From contig NC_043002.1 in the NCBI RefSeq assembly GCF_006345805.1, forward strand, positions 3,410,001 through 3,474,000: a stretch of 64,000 nucleotides of DNA, in the 5' to 3' direction. Under the pieces are notes generated by a model. It did not search any database. It saw only the letters and a program-made list of their open reading frames with translations, and was not told the origin of the DNA. Origin of the DNA: Octopus sinensis (Eukaryota). The position numbers and the translations under genes are program-made. Shown in pieces: positions 1-12,221 of the stretch. Numbering within the stretch: position 1 is the first letter of the stretch; each line of letters starts with the position of its first letter.

Positions 1-1498
1 TCTTGAGTTGGTATAAATAGCCAACGATGGTAGGATATTGATTTTGGTGGAGTCTTTGATGGTTAAATTTTATCTCCTCATCATTTTATGTCTGCCTTCC
101 ATGATGATATAGGTTAGACAGTTGGACAAGGTCCAATGGGTTAAGGGACCATATTATGCTCTGGTGTCACAGTTGCGTATGTGTATTTGGTCGAGCCATG
201 TCGAATGGGATTTTTCTAAATTTCTCTCCTGTCTTTTGCTAAGGAAGATGTGAGATTGTGTCGTTGGTGGAAAGTCTCCATATTACAAGTGACTCTTATT
301 CTGTCTTTGTGATTATTAGAGTAGATTGGATATCAAATGTTTTCGTATCATTTGATGTTATTAAACAGTTTTTGCCACTAAGTTGTGTTGATTGGAGAAG
401 TTAATACAATATCATGGCCTCTGCCATTATATTTTCAAGCTATTTATTAAGATCTCGTCTGAACCGACCTCCTCGTTAGGGAGTGTTCTCATTTGAAGTA
501 TTCTGTACGTAGATGAAGCCTAATGATTTCATTTCTTCTGTTAAGAATCTGTTGTGAGAGATTTCATTGTTGTACAAGCTCTTCTGAACTTGCAGGATAT
601 GAAGTTCACAAATTATTGGTGCTGGACTTACTGTCTACAACCCATGAGCAACTATTGCGACTAATCAGCTGGTATAAACTTAGGGTTAACTAATTTAAGA
701 AACATAAAAATCTAACTAGGAATTATTAGACACTGACTAATATTATTTTGAGTCTTTTGGTAAAAATGGGAGATAACCATGGAGAAGTTTCTGTCACATT
801 GGATGTCCTCAGCTAAGCAGAGATTTCACTGTATTTAATGAAGTAATAAGATAATCTTTTTGTAACTGCAAATATGCATTTGTTGCCAGAGAAAGATAAA
901 AATATTCCCAGAATCAATCACTCTTTGATGCTATCTGCATGCTCCTCTCCCTACTCTCAAACCCATTGCAACATACATCAACAAACCAAAAGCTTAGCAG
1001 CTGAGACAGGTTGAATATTTTGAAAGAGGACCAGTGGTCTGTTTGGGCCCAAGGCAAAGAATTGGCTTTGGACTTGTGCAATTAGTGTTTTCTTTGGGCC
1101 TCAGCAATCCTGTTCTGTTCATAGGGGGTCACACCTCTGCTGGGTAGTTTTATGTTTGCATTTTGCAGGTGTTGGGGGTTGATCTTAAAAGCTCTTCAGT
1201 GAGGCCCTGAGTGTATCCTCGAAGCACTTTGCGTTCGCATGCCTTCCGCTAGTTTGCTGTAAAACAGTCTCTTGGGGGCGTTGTGTGTCAGGCATTCAAA
1301 GAAGGTGACCTGCCACATATTCTCTGATTAGAACCATGACCAGAACTAAACTTTAGAAGGATGACAATTCATCTCTTGAAGAGTGGAAAGAAAAGAAATG
1401 TCTAGTAGAGATAACTGAAAATAATATTTACTTGTAGAAGTATATCTGTGAATATCATTGAAATCCTTTAAAACTGTCTCTGCAGAAAATGGGTTTAA

Positions 1499-1698
1499 CC
1501 CTTTCGTTACCAACCTAGTTGAAACCGGTTCTGGCTCTGAATACAAATGTCTTGTTTCCATAAGTTTTCAGTTAAAATCTTCCTTAGTCACAATTTATGT
1601 TCCTAACACTAACTGAATGATAACTAAATTCTTTTGTTATATTTAAAGTAATTGAAAGAAACACAGAACAGCTCAAAATAAATACAGTAATGAAAGGG
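1499..1698. mobile_element. piggyBac-type MITE (200 bp)
   Basis: TTAA on both sides (1495, 1699); termini CCCTTTCGTTAC and GTAATGAAAGGG (12-bp TIR, 1 mismatch); no coding capacity. Confidence 0.8.
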
Positions 1699-1856
1699 TT
1701 AAGAAAAAAATATAAACAGGATATTTAATCATGGCTTCCTGCTTCTTAATGGATTGTTTTATATATATTCCAAAATGAAAAGGAAAAATTGTATTTATGT
1801 AATCTATTTATTCATAATAATTTTGTTAATTTCATAAATTTTACCTCTCTCGGTAG

Positions 1857-1889
1857 AAGAGAAAATTGAAGCAGTTCAAATCACTTCTG
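1857..1889 (+). CDS. Micro-exon 1 (33 nt, phase 1-1): EEKIEAVQITS
   Basis: Pyrimidine tract ttttacctctctcggtAG acceptor and G|GTATGT donor; stop-free; acidic start like the other array exons. Confidence 0.7.
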
Positions 1890-2030
1890 GTATGTACCTC
1901 TAATTCGTTAAACTAGTTTTTTTATTTGCTTTTTCAAAGTTTTTCTCTTTTATAAAATTAGAAATGTAAAAATCCTAAAACTAGACAAGAAATTATCAGT
2001 TGACAACACAGTTGTGCACTACAAAATCTC

Positions 2031-2062
<32 letters not shown>

Positions 2063-4057
2063 TATGAAGGAATTGTGATGCTTATAAATGATTAATGATG
2101 GAAGCAGTGCCCTTAACACAACACAACACTGAAATAGGTAAACACAAACCAAAACAGCTGACTAATGCCATATAAAAGTAAGGGTTAAAAGTCAGATTGC
2201 AGCTTTAATATCTCCACGAATAACATTAGTCTTACCTGCAACACTTACCAATATCCTTTCACACTGAGGGTCTAGAAACATTGATAATGTATTTAAAAAT
2301 GCTAATGTTACCAATAAAAATATTCAAATGTTACTGAGGATAATGTTCCCACAAAATATTCTTTTAAAACCTTGATAATTCGTTGTGTTTTCTAAAAGAA
2401 AACCTGCATCCCATATAATTGTGTGTGTGCGTGTGTGAGTATGTCATGAATGAAATGGCAGAATTGGTGTGTTGAACAAAAATACCCTGTGGCATTAGAT
2501 TCCATGCCGGTTGCCTCCCCTTACACCCAGCCAAGTTACTTTTGTCTCTGATGAAATCAACAAAAGGTCAAGTTCAATGTGAAGTCCTCAAAAAAACAAA
2601 AAAAAACAAGAGGTTATCATTAACTGTTGTTAATGCACTCACACACACACGTTCACATAGCAACCCTGGCTGTGAAGTCATTACTTCTAGTAGCAACTAT
2701 TCATGATACACACTCTGCCCCAACTTATCTCAATGAAAATGATTGTGTTGGCAAAGGGCATCTGAAAGCTGTCATCATTCATTCATCCAATCAAGGCATT
2801 TAGATGAATGAACACCTTTCACCAAAGTTATTGTTTATTGTACAATAACAATACCACCATGGTGAGAGTGTTGTGATTTTTTAAAGACTTCTAAATAACT
2901 GCAACTAATTTGGTATAGAAATATTTCTTAGCGCTGCTGTGAAAGAACACAGCAAACCATGTCCAGACAATTCCTGGTATTTCTATTAAAGTAAACTGCA
3001 TTTTGGACCTAAAAAAAAAGAAAAACAACCTTAATTTATATTTACATTATTTACATTTGACGGATATTTGTCCTCATCTTGTTTGTTGTTAACACGTTTC
3101 GGCTGATAATGGACCACTGGAAAATATGAAAACTAAAAGAAGCAGCACATATGCTAGGACACAACAACCTCCTAAGCAGACTGAGTGCAGGTTTGAATAG
3201 CATATGGGAACCAGTATTAAGGAAAGATAGAAGAATATTAGATTTATAAGCTCTAAAATTCACTCCATAATTGCCCACAGGCATATGGTGTAGTGGTTAA
3301 GAGCACGGGCTACTAACCCCAAGATTCCGAGTTTGATTCCAGGTAGTGACCTGAATAATAATAATATCAAAAAATACCTTAGGAATGGGAACCCAGGTTC
3401 GAAATTTCCCCAAGAGGCTGGAGGGTGTATCAGCCGAAACTTTGTGTCAGCAACAAACAAAATGAGGACAAATATCCGTCAAATGTAAATAATTCCTCAT
3501 CTCTTAAATATAGAACTGTATAACCTTAATTTATATTTTATAAGAAAATAGGTTCAGGATAAAGTTGGCTTAAACTGGTTGTCCTCGAAACTTGTGAGGA
3601 AGGGGTGCGGGTGGGTGGATGGGGGTTCCTTTTCTTCTAAAAATTGTAAGTTTATTGTTGGCTTAAATTGTTTTTTGTTTTCTCAGTTTGATAAATAGGG
3701 ATCAACCACTTTGATATTGTGAATTAGCAGCTAATGGCAATGGGTCTTCATAACAATAGTGTTTAGGCAAACAATATTATGGGGTTAAAGACTTTCTTTT
3801 TTTTTTCCTTTCACCCTTTAGTATTTAAACCGGCCATATCCACCTCAGATATTTTGTTTGATGTTCAAACCAGCCAGATTCTGCCTCTCACTCCTACCCT
3901 ACAGTGTCATTCTAAACATAAACAATCCTATCGTCATAACCTTGGAGCTTTGAGATAATGCAGGATTAATTAAAAACAATCTGAATAAATGAGCATTAAT
4001 TATTTTGACAGAATGCCAAACAGTTTAATCACACACACACACACGCACGCATGCACG

Positions 4058-4093
<36 letters not shown>

Positions 4094-6483
4094 AGTTTTT
4101 AAAAAAAAATCTAAATTTTTTTATAACCTTTTTTTTTGTTTTCCCTTTGTATAGCAGAGGAGTGCCCTCTCCCTGATATTATTGGTATGTATTTTAAGAC
4201 TCCGGACTTTTTCTAATTTCAGTGATAAATTTTTTCCAAATTAGATTTTTTTTCTCAGAGTTAGACACATTTCATTCAATGATCATTTATTATAATTTAA
4301 CACTTCGATAATATTTAATTGGTTTAAAAAAATAATTATTTAAAATAATAATTAAATTGAATACTGAAAATTTTTTAGCTAAATAAACATCTTTGAACTT
4401 TTTATTAACAAAAGGAAATATGCCAAAAACTATCTCTGGATTTTTTTTACTTTCCTTTTCCTTAACGAAAATAAGAAGATGAACGTCCACTCCCTGATGT
4501 CATTGGTGCGTACTTTCACTCTCAGAAACTGCTTATTGCATGCAGCGTATTCTCACACTTATGTTTTCTCTGTTTATCTCACTGTCTCAAATTGGAAGAT
4601 GTGATTCTGTCTAGAGCTTTCTTTGATTTTAGTCACTGAAAGACATATCCTTTTCTACATAGGATGCCCAGTCTATCAAAAGCTTTATCCACAAAAAACT
4701 ATGGACTAATGAAATGGTGGGAAATCATAAAAAATCTTCTGGCAAATATTATGAATTGTGTCTCTTAATTGATGCCCCTGTGTAAACCTGAGCAGTAGTA
4801 TAAAAAATAGCTTTCCCAAGAATATAATGATGGAATCCACATTAAGAACTCAGCTGAACTGCAATTGCTATCAATATTAAAAGTTAACCTTTTTAATACC
4901 AATCCACCTGAGATCACCCTTGGTTCTATAACAGATTCCTGTTTTAAAATGATTAAAGTTAAAACTTCCCATAGAATTTTCATGTTATGTTCTAAGCACC
5001 AACTCCATACTGACAAAGTTATTTTAGGGGTAAAGGTTGTTTGCCAACATAACATGGCAGTCCTGGTTTAGGACGAATGTTGCTGTAATTTAGCCCCAGG
5101 AGACATCGTCTCCAGCTGGCTATACGACACAATCTGTCTCCTTATATTTTCGAACAAGGGAATTTAGCAAAATATAAGGACACATATTGTGTCGTATAGC
5201 CAACTGGAGACGATGTCTCCAGGGACTAAATTACAGCAACATTCATCCTAAACCAGGACTGCCACGTTTTGTTGGCAAACAATCTTTACTCCAAAGTACT
5301 GTTGCTGAATATCTTTTGTTGTGAGATTTAAAAATAGTAATTTTCCAAAGTTATTTTAGTAAATCCTTCATTATTTTCATAATTTATTGGAATTAGGTGC
5401 AGGCATGGCTCTGTGGTAAGAAGCTTGCTTCCCACCCACATAGTTCTGGGTTCAGTTCCACTGTGTGGCACCTTGAGCAAGTATCTTCTACTATAGCTTT
5501 GGGCCAACTAAAGCCTTGTGAGTGGATTTGGTAAATGGAAACTGAAAGAAGCTTGTGTGTGTATATATGTATGTGTATGTCTTTATATCTGTTTGTTTCC
5601 TGTCACCACTTAACTGGTGTTGGTTTGTTTATGTCCCTGTAGCTTAGTGATTCTGCAAAAGTAACTGACAGAATAAATACCAGGCTTAAAAGAATATGTA
5701 CTGGGGTTGAGATTCTTAAAGGCTGTGCTCCAGCATGGCCACAGTCTAAAGTTAAAAATAAAATAGCAGTGTACTTCAGCAGAAATATTGTAATGAAATG
5801 GTTAAACTTTTCAAGACATAGCATTTCTTAGATTGCCATTCCAAATATGTCGGACACTGTTAAAGATATTGTTTTGTTTTACTAAATTTCTTTCCTGAAA
5901 TGGTTTCTCCCTTTCATTGTTTCTGCACTCAATTTGAATGAGTTTGATCTCCTTACTTAAACATTGCTTAACACTCCATAAACGTGGAGTGTTAAGTCAG
6001 AGTTTGTTCTTTCTAGACGGTCCGTTTGTTGGGAGTGAGACTAATCTGAGATATTCTGGAAACAATGACTAATTGTAATCGTATCAACGAAATACCTACA
6101 GATGTTTTATTTTTATTCACTGAATAATAAGACTGATATCGGATGATATATGAGGGTGGGCGTACACACACACATGTATGTATATATAATACCTATATCA
6201 GGTGATATAGGTGTGTGTGTGTTTGAAAAAATGGGTAGAGATGGCTTGGGGGGGGGGGGTAATTTTCATTTCAATAATAATGTTTACAGTGAGTTACTCT
6301 GATACGAGTTTCAAGCTTCAAGGAACCATTTCCAAACTGAGAAATGTGTGTTTTTACTGGTTGCTTAAATAGCAAAAAAGATTTTTCTTACAAGTATACA
6401 CACAAAAAAAATATATACACAAGAGGAAAAAATATATATACACAAGAAGAAAAAAAAATACACACACACACACACACAAGAAG

Positions 6484-6528
<45 letters not shown>

Positions 6529-9500
6529 AGAAGAAGAAAAAAAAATATATATATACACACACACACAAGAGAAATATATATATATACACAAGAGGAAATT
6601 ATATAAAAAAGACTACAAAAGCATGTGTGTTCTTCTTCTTATACACACATGCTTTTGTAGTCTTTTTACATAGTTTCCTCTTTTTTGTGTGTATACTTGT
6701 AAGAAAAATCTTTTTTGCTATTTAAGCAACCAGTAAAAACACACATTTCTCAGTTTGGAAATGGTTCCTTGAAGCTTGAAACTCGTATCAGAGTAACTCA
6801 CTGTAAACATTATTATTGAAATGAAAATTACCACCCCCGCCCAAAGCCATCTCTACCCATTTTTTCAAATATATAATACTGTACCAAGAACTTTCTTTTT
6901 ATTATTCTACTATGTATGTATGTATTACATCATTGTTTAACATCCATTTTCCTTGCTGGCATGGGTTGGACGGTTTGACTGCAGTCTGGGAAGCCAGGAG
7001 GCTGCACCAGTCCCCAATCTGATCTAGCAATGTTTCTACAGCTGGATGCCCTTCCTAACGCCAACCACTCCAAGAGTGTAGTGGGTGCTTTTTATGTGCC
7101 ACTGGCACAGAGGCCAGAGGAGCTGGCATCGAACATGATCGGATGGTGCTTTTTATGTGCCACCAGCATGGAATCCAGTCACAGTGGCACTGGCATCGGC
7201 CACATTCGGATGGTAACATATAAATATATACATATGCACACACATATATGTGTAATACCTATATCAGGCGATGTGGGTGAACTTGTATAAGATGATATGA
7301 GTGTGTGTATATATGAATGTACATGATTCTTATATCAGATGGTGTGGGTATACACATATGTACATATGTAGCTACAAATGTATGCCTGTAATACACATAT
7401 CATCAGAGGATATGTATGTATATTTGTGCTTAAGAATATATGTCCAGATGTATATGCCACGTATATTCTGGAATTTTGGAAGATTCTTTTTAAAGTGATA
7501 GTCTTTATAGTTTGATAGAATGTACAGAATTGGTTAAATATTCAAGAAATAAACAAAGAACATACAGTTCCAATATAAAACGTAGAATCTCTCCCATAAC
7601 GATATTTTCTTGTTGCAAAACTGTGTCTTTCAGTTGACTACAAAGGTTGAAGTTAGATAAAATATTCAAGTTTTTTCTTCTTGTTTTTAACACAAAATTT
7701 TCTCAATTTCTTAATTTAGTGGTTTTCTTTTTTGTTTTTGTTTTGTGTGTGTTGTCCAACTTTTACATTTAATAATCTCATTTTTCCAAGCTTTTACTCA
7801 CTTAGAAAATACATTGTGAAAGAAAAATGGTTGTTCTTCAATGCTTTTAAATGCCATAAATAGCAGTATTGTTTAATTCAGTTTTGTAGTTGAGATTCAT
7901 ATATAGTTGTGTTCCTATTAACCAAAGTGACCATGTTTGCAGTAACCTGTGTGTCTGTGGTAGAATGTGTAGAGCACCTTTGTGACATTTCATTACAACT
8001 GTTTCCATTCTGAGTTCAAATCCTGCCCTTGACAACTTTGTGTTTCATCCTCCTATGTTGACAAAATAAATACTGAGTCAATGTTAAACCCTGAAAGGTG
8101 AAGCCCCAGAATGGTCACAGTCCAATGACTGAAACCATTAAATGAATATATCAAAGTAGGGTTTATTATCATTATTGAGTGAGAGAGCAGTGCATGCCAT
8201 CAAAGTGACACTGGGGTACAAAGCCCAGTATACCCATCATGTCTACCCATCTGATAAGGGTATACTAGGCACATGCATCACAACCATATGTGCACGACAT
8301 GGTGATCTCATATCAAGATAAACAACACATGACCTTGCAGGTGGGGCCCAGTTAGAATTTTCTTCAGGTTGAGTAGCCCATCCCGCTCAAAATGTCCCTG
8401 AATAAAGATTGTTTAAGGATGTTGAACGAACCACCCATGTTTCCAGAGGTGAATTATCTAAACCCCAAAGAATTCTTCTCAACACATGGCTATGATACTC
8501 TCCCACTACTTCTGTTCATGATCAGAGATGCACATATCGTCAGCCACTAAGGGACAAGCTCAACTGGTTAAAGTCAAACAACTGACAATCAAATCCGTGG
8601 TATTGAGCAGAATATTTGCTGTAGCCCATCTTTTATACCAAGACAAAACAATGTACATGATAACACTTGCAATCAGTTAAGATCAGAAGCCATGAGAGCC
8701 ACTGCCTGGTACTGCAACTGAGCATTTATTGTTATTATTATTAAGGTGACAAACTGGCAGAACTGTTGGGCAAAATTGGACAAAATGCTTGGTGGAGTTT
8801 CTTCCAGCAGTACATTCTGTGTTCAAACGCCACTGAGGTTGACTTTGCTTTTCATCCCTTTAGGGGTCAATAAAATAAACAGCAGTCAAAGAATTGAACT
8901 TCTCCCTCAAAATTTCTGCTTTTGTTGAAAGAATTATTAAGTCCAAAGTTCAAATTTTTTGCTCTCATAGAATTAAACAGATTTGTAGTGACATAAGGAT
9001 TTATTAGAAACATATGAGTGATTTTGTGTGCCATTATATCAAATATAGTTATAGGGAATCCTGAATGAAGGAAATGGAAAATGACTTGGATAAAATTAAC
9101 AATGAATGTCAAACTTTGATGCCAAATTATAGCAGTCAAACTGAATTCCTGTAGAGATTATCAAGCATCAAAATTTGGCCAGCATTTCAAAAGTGTCCCA
9201 TGATGGTTATCAACATATTTCTCAGAAATTTCCTTACCTTCCTATTGTAGCCTTAAAACGATTACTGACCAGCTGAGAGTCGGACATTAAAACCTCTAAT
9301 CCTAATCAAACCCCATTGTCACAAGTGAAGTATGCCTATTGATTGTGCAACAGCATAATCCAGGCCAACTCCATCCCAATACAAAGACAGCGAGCTGGCA
9401 GAATCCTTGCCATGCCATACAAAATGCTGAGAAACATTCCGTCTGTCTTTATATTCTGAGCTCAAATTCCACCAGGTTTCACTTTACCTTTCAGGGTCAG

Positions 9501-12177
9501 TAAAAAGTATCCCATTTGATCTCTGGACTCAATGTAATCAACGTTCCTCCTCCCTTATGATTGCTGGTCTGCTACCAAAATTTGGAACCATTATTATTAT
9601 TATTATTATTATTATTACTACTACTACTACTACTATTGTTGTTGTTGTGACACTGTAAATAGAAATAATTTTGACTGACTTCCATTGTCAATATCTTCAG
9701 AGTAATAATAATGGTATGACTATTCCAGAATCGTGTGAATAATTCTTGGCTTTTGGTTCCGACTTTAATTAGCTAATATATTTTCATGACTTGTTTTAAT
9801 TCTCTGAAATTGCATCTTGAGATTTCTTTGACTAATTTCTTTCCAATAAGCTTTCCGCTTATTCTTTATGTGAAAGCTTAATCCACCAAATGCTGTTTGT
9901 TAATCTTTTAATCTGTTGGTTTCTTTAAAGTAACTCTGATGACAGAGTGATTATATTTATTCCAAGCTAGGGTCCCCCCTGATCCCTTTTACTCTGTTCA
10001 AATCCATAGTTTGCTGTGGTTCTTAATGATTATCACCAAAATAAACAAAAAATCAGGGCAGGGGGGGTGCGTTTGTGTTTCTCATTGCTAACAACAGATG
10101 TTGGTTTGTCTATGTCCCTGTAACTTAGCAGTTCAACAAAGAAACCAACAGAGCAAGTACCAGACTTACATAAGAAGCACTGGAAACAATCTGATGTAAA
10201 AATTATTGAAATTTCAAAAATTATTTTCAAGTTTCCATTTGTCTTTTGCATCAAAGTATATATTTTTAATTAAATTTGATTTAACTATTAATTGATGAAA
10301 GCCAAACAGAATTGTGCATTGTTTTTGGAACAAATTTGTTTGATTTTAGACCAGGAAAATCACTTCTATTTTGTGTGTGTGTGTGCGTGCGTGCATGCAT
10401 GCATGTGTGTGTGTGTACGTGCGTGCATGCATGTGTGTGTGTGTGTCTATATTTGTTTCTGAAACTTCAGTGACAGTCTATTGATATTGATTTTATCTTT
10501 CATTCAGAGGAAGAAATACAAACTACTTATCGTAAGGGTAGGTATCGTGCAATATTCTATTATTATTAGTATCATTATTATTATTATTATTATGAAGGTG
10601 GTGAGCTGGCAGAATTGATCGCACGCCGGGCGAAATGCTTAGTTGTATTTCGTCTGCCTTTACGTTCTGAGTTCAACTTCCGCCGGGGTTGACTTTGCCT
10701 TTCATCCTTTCGGGGTCGATAAATTAAGTACCAGTTGCATACTGGGGTTGATGTAATTGACTTAATTCCTTCCGCCCAAATTTCAGGCCTTCTCCTTCCA
10801 GTAGAAGCGATTGCTGTTGTTATTACTGTTGTCAGCATTGGGTTTGGCTCTTTTAAGTTCTGAGTTAAAATCCTACCCAGGCTAATTTTGCCCTCATCCT
10901 TTTGAGGGTTAATCAAATAAAGTACCAGTTATGTACTGGGGTCAGTATAATCAGTTAACCCCTTCCCCCTTTGTACCAAAGTTTGAAACATTTCTATCAT
11001 AATACTGATTAGATATCAATATGTGATATCACCTGGTATTCGTACAGTTCTTTTTCTCTTTTCTTCACGACTCAATGCTGAGTTGTGCAGAGACTCACTC
11101 CATCGTCAAATATCAACAACCTCTTTAGAATAGGTTTTAAATTCCTACAACTTGTTACATCTCTGTCTCCTCCCTCTTGCCCTCCCCCCCGTCTCATATG
11201 GCCAACCCTGAGGTTGATTGTGCCACAGAGATTAGCTTCCTTTTTACCATGGGCCAACTCTATCACAGTTTCATTTATAATCCTCACATGACGATGGATT
11301 AGTTCCAGTTAATTTGAATTGAATTTGTGGATTATTGCTAAATTACTGTTGAGCCATTGAGCTGAGAAATGTCTTTCTACCATTCAAATGGCATTATTTT
11401 GTAAAACCAGTCTTGAAAGTACCATGGCAAGTTTTTCAACATAACTTAATTATAATGAACCTATAAATTTTATTTTTAATTATAATTATTATTATTTTTT
11501 ACTAAGAGATACTTAAACTTTTACTTCTGATACCCTGATTTTTGTCCCAAACCTGTCAGTATTTATTTTGTTCTATCTTTTGTCTTATAAAGCTGAGAAT
11601 TTGCCGCCTCCTAGTTTTATGGGTAGGTATCAGTTGTCTGGTTTGCATGATGCTTCCTGGAGTTTTCCTGTAGTCATAGAATCCCACTTACTAAAACTTC
11701 TAAAGTCATAATTTTAGTTACCTTGATATCTAGCTGTTGTATTGGTTCAATTTAATTCATTTAATTACCTTCCTCATAAAGACATAATTAAATCTTGAAA
11801 TGTGTTGTTAAGATATACCAGAAGTATACTTTCGAAGAAAATTATGTATTGTTATATCAGCCATGCTCTAAATGAAAACCATTTTTTAGTTGGCGTCAAA
11901 GAGAGAAGAGTTTGCTGCAAATATTTAGGTCCAATAATATTTGTTCCACTCACCTTAATTTCACACCACATCAATGATGATGATGATGATTGTTACTACA
12001 ACTGAGGTGGAACAACGATTCCATTATTAGATGCAAACCTCATCAGTAAAAATAAAAAAACAAAGAAAAATCACAACAAAAATATATATTAAAGGATGAG
12101 GATTAATTCAGTCTTTTGGTCCTCTTGAATAAAATGGCTGTGATACTGAAATATTTCTTGAGCAACTGTTTGCCCCG

Positions 12178-12221
<44 letters not shown>

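Noticed and set aside
6344-6673. Several overlapping ORFs rich in Y/I/T/H/C/V
   Set aside because: Microsatellite translation; the same applies to 17359, 34211 and 53506
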